This document shows, piece after piece, positions 47,584-59,655 of a stretch of 64,000 nucleotides of DNA. The first letter of the stretch is position 1. The number at the start of each line of letters is the position of its first letter. Made by a program: the position numbers and the translations under genes. The notes under the pieces are model-generated. The model did not search any database. It saw only the letters and a list, made by a program, of their open reading frames with translations, and was not told the DNA's origin. This stretch comes from Rhizodiscina lignyota (lineage: Eukaryota). The DNA is taken from positions 1,364,001-1,428,000 of the forward strand of contig ML978129.1 of NCBI GenBank assembly GCA_010015805.1, read 5' to 3'.

Positions 47584-48518
47584 TAACGGGAACATGGCGA
47601 AGTCGTTGTCGCATCAATCTTCCATATGCACGATGCGAGGACCGGCATCCCAATGCAGTTAGACGTCCCGCTGTCCAGCAGTGTCCAGGGAGCAAGCGGC
47701 AGGAAGTGGAATAGCGCGCTGTCCTTTAAAGTTGAGGTTGGAGGGAGCGCTGCCATGCGCACTGGGGTCGCTCACGTCCGCACAGATGGCTTGGCGAGGC
47801 GAGCGACCCGACTCAGGCTGCTTATTCAGAGCAGGCGGTGATGAGGAAATGTGCTGTGCCAGTTTCTGCTGTGGTTAGCTAAGGCACACGTCTGCTTCGT
47901 CAAGGGCGTGGCAAGAGTCCCCGGCAGCAAGAGCTGCAGCCCTGCTCGTCACCCTGTCGCCGGCGCTTCGTCGCCATGATGCCCCAATCGAGCTGGGCGC
48001 AGCACCACGCGGCACTCCGCGCCCTGGCGGCCAATAGGCGCGGGTGAAATGGGACATCACTCGAAGCTTGATCGCGCTAAAGCTTCCTAATCAATCCGGA
48101 GTTTTAGGTCGGACCGCCCACGCGCCGTGCTTGAAACCTCACTTCTCAGCTCCGGCATCGACGTCGGTACAACGAGCGCGGCCACATCGCTGCATCGATC
48201 TTCGCAGCCATCGCTAGCTAACCCACTGCAGACGCATGCGTCGGATCCCAGAAGTCGTGCAGAACCGTGCCCCTGATGACCTTGGGAGCTTTCTCTAGTG
48301 AGTAAAGTGAGTAAGCGGCAGAGTGGCAGCGGCCCGCCGAGCACTACGACGACGGCTCTGCTAGCCTTCTGTTTGTTCGTTCTTGAAGCTTGGGTAATCC
48401 CCTGGCTTACCTCATGCGCCTCGAATTGAAGATGAACTGGAGAGAAATACATTGAGCGATTGCCCAAATATCCACGCTTACGCTGCAATTTTCTGTTTCC
48501 ACATCTTCAACCATCACC

Positions 48519-50110
48519 ATGTCGAGCAGTCAAGAAGCTTCACCGGCCTCGTCCACCAGCGTCCCGGCTACCAAGGGCACCAAAGGCCGCCCAAAGGGGA
48601 GCCAAGGAGAATCATTGATTAAACGCAGTAAGGAGGTTTTGGGTTTGGACCGCGTTAAGGATATGCAACGGAGGAAGAAGAGCACAAGAGATGGTATGTG
48701 TTAGGAATCAATCTACTGATTCTGCTACCGTGATGCACACTTCTGCTTGTCCTCCAGACCCACAGCCAATGAAATTGCTCCACCAGCGCCTGCTAAGTTG
48801 CTAACTAACCAATTGTCTCCAAAGCAGATCAAGATCAGGATTCAAAGGCATCCACTCGGAGAGAACAAGTGCTTGAGGCTCAACGGTAACTATCTAATCT
48901 TCACAGGAATTGAGTGCAAGACTCAATACAGCTGACATATCATATCAGAACACATCGCATGAGGACCAAGATCTATATCAAAGAACTCGAATCAGAGGTC
49001 CTGCGCCTCCGCAAGTCTGAAGCTGCCGCTGTCGCCCGAGCAGAAATGTCCGAGCACAAAACGCAAGCTTTGGTTCAGGTCCTGCATGCTCACGGCATTC
49101 AACCACCCTCTGAGCACACCGTTCCGTCGTGGGACGGCGGCAGCCATCCACACCAAGAGCCTTATCCTGGTAGCAGAGGCACTCAAAATATCCCTATCCA
49201 CTCGAGGGGCTCTGGCGCAGAAGCGAAACCGGGAGTCTCTGCACACGATGCACCCCCTCACTACCAGTCACATGACCATTCATTACAGTTGCTCCCCGAC
49301 AATGGCGACTTGTCAGTCGTGCCATCCCTCTTCGTGTCGCCCGACAGAATAGCGGGCCAGCAGGTTGGGGCGAACATTGATCCTGCCACACCGTTTCATT
49401 TCGATGATTCACAAGCTGAGCTTGATTTCATTTTAACGTATGGGAACAACGGTCTCCTTGTATATTAGTCACAATTTAGATCATGTCCCTAACCTTTGCC
49501 TTCCGTTTCACACAAAACATCGTTGTCATTCCATGTACGTATCCTTGTTGTAAGAATGGTGTGCTGATGATCTCCTTTCTTGATTGTAGGCTCGAGCGCC
49601 CCTGCATGCACCACCTCGAGGAAGCCCATTTCGGCCCGCTTGCTCACCCTTTCGACGCACACACGTTCCTCGATCCTGGCTTGCAACCCACCATTCATCC
49701 GGAGGACGATCCCGAAGCCTTGTATTCGGGACACGTGCTCACAGCATCCATGCCTCTGTGGCAAAAAGTCAGAGAAGATGGCCCGGTTAAAACTGCTCCA
49801 GAAATCATGCGAAGAGAGCTCAATTCTCTGTTGAACTCGAGCTATCAATTGGGGCTAAGAAATGAGATTGCACCCGTTCAGATCTTGCAACTCCTCCGCA
49901 TGAGACATGCCGAAATTCGTGAGAAGAGTATAACGGTTGAGAACTTGAATATGCTAGCAAACGAGCTCACGAAGTATCTAAGGTGTTACGGGTGAGTTCG
50001 GCCTCAAAATTGCTAGAAGCATCTGGAAACGCTCATGATCTTAATCTTTCAGATTCGGCGCTGTCTTCGACGAGGATATTGTACGGAAACTGGTGATGCA
50101 ATATTGTTGA
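48519..50110 (+). CDS. Fungal bZIP transcription factor, 5 exons
   Basis: Spliced basic region STRREQVLEAQR|THRMRTKIYIKELESEVLRLR, DFILT|LERPCMHH, EI.PVQ, RCYG|FGAV. Introns (48628 or 48694)-48827, 48886-48948, 49438-49589, 49992-50052. Confidence 0.85.
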
Positions 50111-51641
50111 AAGAGCCCGGGCTCGGGATAAAGTGGATATTTCGGTATACTCTTACCCAATAAAGGGAAGCTGCCATCGACGTGGTCGCATTTAGGCATT
50201 GCGTTCTCATATTCTAAAAAAAAAATTGTTCCATACTTAACTAGACAGCCGCAAACGATCCAAGCGATACGTTCCATGGCTTCTAGTGCCTCACTCGTAC
50301 CGCTTATGTTTGTTTTGCCTTACATGGACTCGCTTTCTCACCATATCGTCTCACGGCACAGTTCATTCTTGAGATGAAATCACATCAAAATGCAGACGAT
50401 GGCTTTGACCAATTCATGTACAACTTTAGTGCACGTCGTCGGAGATGCTACTCATATTGTCCTAGTTCACCTGCAGGGCACTGCCTCTAACGTTTCGACG
50501 CTTAGCGAGACGCTTCTGTCGAAGAGGTCTGGCGTCCAGACTGCATTAGAAATTTCGGTTCCGCAGATCAGGAACAAACGGCGCTAATTGATACTCCGAC
50601 ACGACTACTGAATACTGAACACAGTCGATTACGAAGACCGTTAGAGAACTCGTCCAAGGGACCAGACAGCCTGGGGGCGAAATCGCGATATTAAGGCCAT
50701 TGTCGTATATCAGTAACTTGTTTTAGCTTTATGAATCCTTGGGCTGTGGTCTCCCCCCCATTTGAATACGAAGTCGGCAGGATTGCAATGCGGAAGCCAG
50801 TATGCGCTTGCGCTTCAAGGGAGCCGTGTCTATATTCACATCGCATTTGACCACCATCTTCAAGAGGTCGTATATCTGACTCCTTGTTCAAGCCCCAATG
50901 TCGCAAAGCATGCATGAACCAGGCCTTAAGTGTAGCGGATCGTCCGTGTGGAGCATGACAAATTGATGAAAAGGTGCTACTTCCATGGAAATATAGACGT
51001 GCACAGCTGCGTGTGGATGTTAAAATGCTCCTCCGGTGGTCCTGATCTCGACCCACTTTCGCAGAATGGGAATCATAATTCCCGGATTATACCTAGCGCT
51101 GATAGCCTTGATGAAAACGGCCTAGTATGGTGCGTGATATATTACTTGGGTGATGTGGTACGATGCGAGAGTTGAAGCGATTGATTTGTTATCAACAGAG
51201 GCTTGTACACGGAGCCCTAAACTAGACAAGCAATCAAGCGGTAAACGCGCCCATCGAAACAGTAACATAGTGGCAATAAGGTGCCGGAATGAGAAATTAT
51301 GCTCCAACGGAATATGCAATTGGCCACCTCGCTCCCCTTGCCGCGTTTTGATCCCCCCTAACCACGAACCGTCGCGCAGGTTTAGACAGATGAACGTAAT
51401 ACAAGAACAACATCACATAAGCTCTCCCCGCTGGCAGGTGATTTCCTGTGAAACCGCCCTCTCCAATTAGTCAGAAGTTCCATTGCCTTCGTCAGCATCG
51501 CTTGCAATGCTGTCCTCCCCGTCCTGTGTCGTTGGCGGTTCGTCGTTCATCGCCGAAAGCCAGCATCTCTGCGCTCCCGCGAGCGTCTGGCAGCTGCAAT
51601 CTAATGAGAGTAATACGTTGCACTTTCTGAGATCGAGAAAT

Positions 51642-52170
51642 TTATCTTTCAGATAGTCCTGGGTTGAGACTGAACCACCCTTTGTGAGCGTCGTCGCCGT
51701 CTTTCAGAGACATTTTGACAACCTCCAGCTTGGGGAAGATACCAGGCTCGCTCTTCAGTCTCTTCAGAGCTCCAATCTCTCCAATCAAACCCCCAAACGG
51801 CACATCATATTCGAACTTGTAATGAGCAGCTTCGACAGCTTGTGGAAGCGACTGACTCAGAAACATAGGCCCCGATGAGAAATGGACACAGTTATTCCAA
51901 TCCACTGACATAGCGCGTTCAGAAGTTCCATTCGACACGGAATGAAGAGTCTCGAGATAGTTGTTTCTGTCCTCGTCCTCGTCCTCGTTTCCTTCGTTCG
52001 AGTCTGCGTCTGCGGTTTATTCTTCAGACTCGGAGTCTTTGATTGATCTGTTAATACTGAGCAGCAATTTCATCAAGACCTTCGAGAAATTATCAAGCTC
52101 GAAGTTATCGGCACAGATTTCATCGCTCTATTCGAGTAGACGTCGCACTGCTCCAGCGTAATGTGTCGAG
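51642..52170 (-). pseudogene. Probable decayed gene fragment with an acidic tract, family unknown
   Basis: About 175 codons in one frame with only two internal stops (TAG 52130-52128, TAA 52019-52017). No intact start found for the full length. Confidence 0.4.
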
Positions 52171-52799
52171 TTTTCCCGAATGCCCACTAGCTACGCTCAT
52201 CCTTATTACTACAGAGTAAATAGGCCGCCACGACGGTAAAACCTAAGAGCGCCACCTCTCGTAAGGCGGGGAACATGCCGAAAGATCCTGGAGTTATGTA
52301 CATTCAATTGTACCAACCCTTGGAACGTCTGTTCTGATATATCTACGGAGTAGCCTCGGTGTTAGGCTCGTACATATACGCCTCTTAACGTCTGAAATTA
52401 GATGTTCAGACATTGTTACCTTTTTGGTGGTCTATGCAGCTAGCGTAGGATCTAACACTCAGGTCGAATCCGGTGACACTGGCTATCGTTCCCTCAGTGT
52501 GACCAAGGTCAACATGTCCTGACTTTCAGTAGCCAATCGAAGCGTCTTGATATGGTCAGATTATAAGACATCCAATAATTTCGTTCCATTGGTGTGATAT
52601 ATGTCGACACGTAGTATATGGCTCGCAAAGAGTAAGGACGAAGAAATCTCCGTGGTTTAAACCCGCTACCCCAGGAACGCGCTAACCGTTTTAGGATACG
52701 ATAGAAACTTAAAGTAGAAGTTCTTTATGCTCTTCTTTATTCTCTTCTTTCGTGAAGCTCGGACAAAGGTTCATTCTAAATACTCAGGCGACAAGTCAA

Positions 52800-54382
52800 A
52801 TGAATTATACATTCATAGACGATGCTAATGCCAGAGCTGATGGCACCACACGCAAGCTAATCCGGAGCCATGTCATGAAGGGGAAGAACCTCAACAGGAT
52901 CCTGCCACCACGAAGGCGGAAAGACGCGCAAGGAGGATGGCCCCAAGCCAAAGCTAATGTTCGATGCACTCCGACGGACTATGGTCATGCAGATATCGAA
53001 AATGAGGACAGCAGCGCTATTTCTGTATCGCACCTATCCATACCTCGGCCAATGGGGCACTCCTTTTCTCAGTTAGATTTACCCTGCACCTTGCAACCGC
53101 AGGAGAGAGATCGCATCTCATTATGTAGGGAAAGATCACTTCATCGGCTCTACACGTATGCGCTAATAATTTTAGTTTTCTCAATAACTGCTCAAGCGAT
53201 CTATCCTTTAGAGCTCTGCCGTCCCATTAACGCCATCAGGATAACTTGGTTTGAATATCTACAAAACGACGAAGCTTGTGAGCAATTTCAGCCTACTCTT
53301 ACTGTCGATGAAACTGATATCACCAAGTCTTTCACAGTATACTTGCAATGGCCGCAGTATGCGAAGACTCTTTGAGGGGTACAACAACGCAGACTTCACC
53401 TCAAGCACTTGTCCATTTATCAAATACTTACCGGTGTCTGGCTCGAAACTTGCAAACAGACAAGATACCAGCCGATTCAACAATCGCAGCTGTCATGTCC
53501 TTGGCGATTCATGACGACCTCAGAGGCCAGCCCGCTAGGAGCAAGGTTCACATAGATGCTCTTCAGAAAATGGTTCAGATCCGCGGTGGCATTACCGAAT
53601 TCCTACCTCGCGACCATTACATGATACATAAGATTTGCAGGTATGATTTCGAGTTCTGATTCATTCACTTTGAAGGCTGCTGATGGGTAGAGCACAGGGC
53701 GGATATCGAATATGCACTTCAACTTGGGTGTACCCCACGATTCTATCGAGACGAGTTCCCGCGCGAGCTGATTCGGTCCATGTCACACAAGTTGATATCC
53801 CAGAACCAGCCTCTCAAGTCCGCCGATGACATTCAAGATCCCGTATTAAAAGGCGTCACTGCGGATCTAATAAGTGTCTCCCGCCTCGTCGGCAACGATC
53901 GCTCCCGCTTCAAATTCAAGCCTTATGCTTATCAGGAAATCCTGATATCCGTGAGCTACCGATTGCTCCGTCGCCATCCTGTCCCTTACTATGGATATGA
54001 GAACAGTGGCGAAAATGCACTTCATCTTGCACTGCTCGCATGGACGACTACGCTGATTTTCCAGCACGGTCGTGTACAGCGACTCACATACGGTCTGCTT
54101 GCTCGGGAGCTTCATCGCGCGATACAAGAGACGTCGAACACCGGAAGCGTACGACAAGCAACGTTACTATGGCTCCTTTTCGTTGGTGGAATATCTGTTT
54201 TTGGCAATCCCTACAAGGCATGGCTGATGCCTCAAATTCAGGCATGCCTCATTGCCCTCCAAATCAACAGCTGGCAAGATGTGCGGGATATCCTTACACG
54301 GCTGCCTTGGATCGAAGCAGTGCACAACCGATCTGGGGAAGCAGTGTGGCTTGCAGTATCGGCGAGTGAACAAGCCACCTGA
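52800..54382 (+). CDS. Fungal-specific transcription-factor-domain protein (Fungal_trans_2-like) lacking a zinc cluster, 4 exons
   Basis: RKLIRSHVMKGKN, FFHSILAM, STIAAVMSL, H..AL..MV..RGG, KIC|RAD, LLWLLFVGG, SW..VR..L...PW. Three GT-AG introns join the ORF pieces. Confidence 0.82.
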
Positions 54383-54601
54383 AATTAATGTGTCGTGCAA
54401 CTTCTCGCTTCGTTAAAGACCTATATTCAGAAATTCCGATGCGTATGTGCTGGCTGATACATTGGCACTGTTCCGTCCCAAGATGCGCCGATGCCGAATA
54501 ATTTATTAGCTTCGACGACGCATAAATCATCGATATCAGAATCTGGCACAGCACCGGGCTTTAAACAAGCCCTGAAGGCCGTGATATACCGGCATGAACG
54601 G

Positions 54602-54680
54602 CGCTAGCTCGAATTAGGATACCAATCTGGGTGGATCCGCTAGGTCGAATTAGGAGAACAATCTGGGTGAATCCGCTAGC
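54602..54680. repeat. 36-bp tandem duplication in the SDR promoter
   Basis: cgctagctcgaattaggataccaatctgggtggatc / cgctaggtcgaattaggagaacaatctgggtgaatc / cgctagc. Confidence 0.9.
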
Positions 54681-54851
54681 GATTGCAGGGTTCCTGCATT
54701 ATTCCGAGTCAAGTAACTATGACACTTTAACGTACGGACTTCAAAAAGACTTCGGACAACATGACATTGCTCAGGGCAATTCTTTATCAAGGCAAAGAAC
54801 CGTCACTTGCCGTCTGCTTCGAAAATAATTATTTCTTCCGGCCTAATCACA

Positions 54852-55940
54852 ATGTCCATTTTCGCAGACATTAGAGACCAGTTTATATACCTTCCCATCG
54901 TATCTACAACCTCTAAATGTGAAGGGGGAACCTACATCGTCACTGGATCCAATACCGGCCTGGGCTTGGAATGCGCCAAACACCTCGTCCAACTCTCTGC
55001 TAAAACTGTCATTCTCGGAGTTCGCTCTCTCAGCAAAGGTGACGCAGCAAAGGCGAGAATCGAGGCAGAGACTGGTCGCAAAGGCGTCGTCGAAGTATGG
55101 CACCTGGACCTAAGCTCATACGCTACCGTTGTCGAGTTTGCGGAGAAGATCAAGAAGCTCGACCGGCTCGATGCCATCGTCGAGAATGCTAGTGTCGGAT
55201 TGACGGAGCGGATACCGGCCGAGGGACTTGAATCTTCACTGACAGTGAACGTAGTCAGCACGTTCCTGTTGGCTGTGTTGGTGTTGCCGAAACTGGAGGA
55301 GAGCGCGAAGAAGTTTGGCATCGAAACGAATTTGGCAGTGATTGGAAGTGCTGTCTACAGTTATGGAAAAGGAGTGCTTGAGAAGATTGATGGTGACATC
55401 CTCGATGGATTAGACGCGAGTTCTATGGCCAATAGGTACCTGTTCTTCCTTGCTTCAGAATCTCTCTACATTAAGACGAATATGCTGACGTGACATGAAG
55501 ATACCCTGTCACGAAACTCCTTCAGCTATATGCCTTCCGCCAACTTGCCTCGCTACGACCCGTCTCCGAAACTGGCGTCACTATCGATTACGTGAACCCC
55601 GGTCTGTGCAAAACTGAGTTAAACCGCAATTCTCCCTGGGGCCAGTGGCTGTTCGTTGAGATAATGAAGCTTTTGATTGGAAGAACAGCGGAGGCTGGGA
55701 GTAGGACGTTGCTGCATGGGGCTACGGCGGGCAAGGAAAGCCACGGCAAATTCTTCTCAGCATGCAAGATCAAGGAGTAGGTGCACGCCCATCTTCCGTG
55801 CTAAGGACTGTACGCTAATGTCGATGAGCAGGTCTGGGTTCTTGCCGTGGGTGACGGACGATGCTGGTAGTGAAATGCAGAGGCGCGTTTGGGATAGCCT
55901 GGTGAAGAAACTGAATGCGATCCAGCCTGGATGCATTTAG
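54852..55940 (+). CDS. Retinol-dehydrogenase-like SDR, 3 exons
   Basis: TGSNTGLG, LDLSSY, ENA, R|YPVTK, VNPGLCKTEL, RTAEAGSRT. Introns 55436-55500 and ~55778-55831. Confidence 0.92.
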
Positions 55941-56633
55941 ATTACTGTTTTTGAGATCCTTTGAAGTCAAATCGATTCCGAGTCGCAAATGTTGCTGGTT
56001 CGACGGGTTGAAAGATCCAAGTACGTCCATTATTAGTTCTTCCGCACAAGCATGCCGATATTTGAAAGCGTGTAAAGAGATGCGTTCACCTTTATTCAAG
56101 CAACACGCGTGAGCTCACAGTTGTTGTTTTTGATTGGTTGAAGAGTATGATTGTTCATTTCAGGCCAATATTTTGAAGCCAGCCTGATTCTTTCCCTGAC
56201 GCCTTTGAATACCAGCTCCGCCTTCATATAATCCCGTCCTCGCTATTAACAAGCTATTTGTAAAGCATTCTGAAATCGTGAGAGTAAGTCCTTATTGGAG
56301 TCAACCTGAATCCATACCGCGCAGAATGCCTTGTATTATAAATTTGACTTGAAGCTCTTCCACACCATTCTCCCAGCATCAGACCCAGCTCATCTCAAAC
56401 GTTATTCCAAGGTGCTCAGAGTCCACCTTGAGCTCATTTGCCCACACCGGGAGCCTGCCAGATTTGCCTAGAGGCCCTAAGTCAAATGAGATGAGATGCT
56501 CCGGAAGTCCGGGAGTGCTCCATTAGTCTGATACCAAAGAATGTCTCTGATATGCCAATAGAAGGCGATATTGTTGGCATAGTAAGAGTCTGCCAACCAG
56601 AATCCGCAGCGCAGAGAAACCGTGTTGACTCAT

Positions 56634-56722
56634 TCTTCTCCTTGTCCTCCCTCTCATCCTCCTCTCTCATCCTCTTCTTCTCCTCCTCCTTCTCCTCCTT
56701 CTTCTTCTTCTCCTCCTTCTCT
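56634..56722. repeat. Polypyrimidine (TTC/CTC) low-complexity tract
   Basis: About 90 bp that is almost exclusively C/T. Confidence 0.9.
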
Positions 56723-56811
56723 GTATAAGGGGAGGAGAGGGAGGTAGCTCAACGTCTAGCGGCTCGGGAGTCACAGCTGAAAATACGTTAAGATATATGT
56801 TGTACCGTTAT

Positions 56812-57026
56812 GAGGATAGTGAGGTTTTCCCCCTTATCAATACAGCTGGCATTCCTTTCGGCTTCGGTACGGAAGTACCCGTATCCCGGGTGCCCTGTGC
56901 ACCCAGGATTACGTGCAATTATCGACTTTTCGGTGCATAACCCCCTAAGTGCCCTTATAAGTCCGGGTGCCCTAGTACCGGGCCGAGGAATGCCGTATCG
57001 ACAAGGGGGATAACATACTTATCCTC
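56812..57026. mobile_element. ~215-bp imperfect foldback (MITE-like element or hairpin-RNA locus)
   Basis: gaggata..tcccccttatcaatac..ggcattcct..cggc..cggtac..acccg pairs with cgggt..gtaccg..gccg.aggaatgcc.gtatcgacaaggggga..tatcctc. Confidence 0.6.
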
Positions 57027-57383
57027 CAGAGTGCCTATCCCCTGCCCACAGTATATGCATTGACTGTCGTTCATGTCGCTCAATCATAGTTGATTCGAGA
57101 TAGCGATGATATCCCATGAAGGGTGTGTTGCTGGTCCACATAGAGTCGCAGTACTCGAGGTCGAGAGCGTTCCACTCAGGAAGGTCGGACGTACTCCAAA
57201 ATGCGCTAACTTGTAAGCTATTTAGTCGCACCTCCGCCTAAATCTATTGTAAAGTAGCTAGTAAAACAGTGGACATAGACTTAGCTGAAGGATTTCAATC
57301 TGTTTACAATTTCACATCTTGTTCTGCGAAGAAGCCCTTAGTTACTAAAAAATTCAGGAAATTTTCAGACTCTAATGAAATGT

Positions 57384-58397
57384 CTACTTGAGATCCTTGA
57401 AAGCTGGAGCAGCCTTGACGAACTCCTCCCATGTCGTCAACTTGTCGTCGAGGATAGAGTGAGAAAAGTCAAGACTATCACCACCATAGTATCCAAACTC
57501 AGGAATCACTCTCATGTTCTCATAGAGCTCCTGAGCTATAAATTCCGACGTCCCGCGCGATTTCAACGCCCCCTTGAACTGATCCTCAGTCAATTCGACG
57601 AAGTGTGCACCCTTTCCAGCCTCCGGGAAGACCTTTTGGAAGGACTCAAGCATCTGCTTGGGAGTGACATAGTCTGTCGCCGCAAGAATCCGCTTGCCCA
57701 AGACTTGGTCCCGCTTCAACCAGATGGCTTTTGCGACCTTGCCAGTGTCCAGTTCTGGTGCCCAGAGCGGCACTTGAGCGTTGTCTGGCATGGCCATTGC
57801 AAGCACAAACTTGCCGTCCTCTCCACGTCGCAGATTCGAGCCGGGAATGTTCGACATGAAGAAACCGGGCATCAGGAACGTAGCTGGGATGCCAATGTCG
57901 CGGATGTACTGCTCGACTTGAGCCTTGGAATCCCAATGGTAAACGTGGGGGAGAGCGCCCTTGCTGAGCTCCTTGACGTTGAACAGGCTGGACCAGATGA
58001 GGTGTTGGACGCCCTCTTCCTTGCACATGTCGGCGATGGCCTTCCCCTGCTGAAGTTCCAGCTCGTGGTCCATCTTGTCCCAGTAGTTCGTCATCGCGAA
58101 GACGCCGTAAGCACCTTTGATAGCATCCCTCAGCGAGCTTGGGTCCTCGGTGTCCCCCTGCCACAATGCGTTAGCGGCCGCCGGCAAAACAGCTTATACG
58201 ATGCAGAAACTTACAGCTACCATCTCGACACCTTTGTCTGAGAGCGCTTTTGATTTGGGTCTGGTGACATCTCTGGTAATGCCCCGGAGCTGAAATTCCG
58301 AACTAGCCTTGGAATCACCGAGGATTGTATTTATGATCGCACCACCTTGGTTGCCGGTGGCACCAAAGACTGTGAGAACTTTCTTGCCGGAACTCAT
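57384..58397 (-). CDS. NmrA-like family protein (HSCARG-like), 2 exons
   Basis: VFGATGNQGG, RGITRD, GAYGVFAMTNYW, HLIWSSL, H.DSK. Intron 58214-58158. Confidence 0.93.
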
Positions 58398-59655
58398 TTT
58401 GCGTGTCTGGGATCTGAGAGGAGTTGAGTTGAGGGGGTTGATCTTTGAGAGTCTTCTGATGGCCGTGAGCATGTCACAGTGTGATGGGGATGATGATAAG
58501 AAGAAAGAGAGGGAGAAACGAGGCTCAACGAATTTATACGAGCTCAGTCAGTACTACTTTCAGCTCTATATTCGCAACTTGCCTCTTGAAGTCTCAACGC
58601 TGAAGTTTTGGTCTGGTGCTGAACGCCAAGGATCTGAATCAGCGATTTTCATGTCGCGCGCCGAGCAGCGACTCCATTAGTTACTGCCCCGCATCCTCGC
58701 GCCTTCCAAGAGCGTTGACGTCGATGAATTGGCAGAAGGATCTGATCACGGGCAGAAGCGTCGTCTGCAAGAAGCGCGCCACTGACGCGACGTTTATCGG
58801 CGCGAGCGCTGACAAAGAAGTCGCAGTGGCTGACACGCCGAACGACGAGCTGTTCATAAAACGTCCGACGATGAACCGAGCGCCTTCGATTGGACCGGCT
58901 TAATGCAGGTGCCACTGGCGTCCGTATATATGCAGAGATAAAGTTGGAATGGAGAAGGCCGGAAGCGGCTTCAGATGCAACATGCGAGATCGAGCCTCGC
59001 AGACCCAGTGTTGAGGCGACAGAATATCGTCGTTGGTCGCTGGGCAAGCCGCAGCGTCTAACACCAAGCAGCTCTTACACTTCAAAGTATGTGGCTCCAT
59101 TTGAAAGCCCACTCATACGTTCTTTGGAGTGTTTCACAAAATAGGAGACTGTTGGAAAACTTGAACACTATTAGTTGAAATTTTGTGATACATAGCTCTT
59201 CAGTAGAGCAGGTAGAAGGCATGTGGATCTGGCCGTAGCCTGGTGGCTGGGTAGCCTCATAGCAGATACACAAGGTCTTCTGGCCTGTATTAGCGCTCTC
59301 AGCCCATCTGAAGAAATCGAAGTTTGAGCAGGTAGAACAGTAGGGTGTACGGGCTGTGGTTGCGTACAGTATAGATCACGTGATACGAAATGCGCTCCTT
59401 ACGCTAATCCTGATGCGGAGCTAGACTCCTTTCACCAGCCGCTGCTTTTCTTCACCCGAAAGCACATTTCTCGACACCACCACTGACAAAACAACACCAC
59501 GTCGCCCCTACTGGACTTTTCTACTTTAATTCGACCTGCTTTCTCCTCTTCTTATCGCCTTCACACCATCCTCCTTCTTGCAAGCACACAGCGCATCTTG
59601 CTTACACGTTTGCACCTCGGCAAACAAAGCTTTTTGCTCGTCACATTCACACGCG

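Noticed and set aside
47544..54680. Short tandem repeats as a CRISPR-like array
   Set aside because: Eukaryotic context; units are directly adjacent with no unique spacers.
56100..56630. Possible decayed minus-strand reading frame
   Set aside because: Stop density by my count is about that of random sequence.
59375..59384. ATCACGTGAT E-box palindrome upstream of the KH gene
   Set aside because: Common promoter motif; cannot be assigned to a factor from sequence alone.
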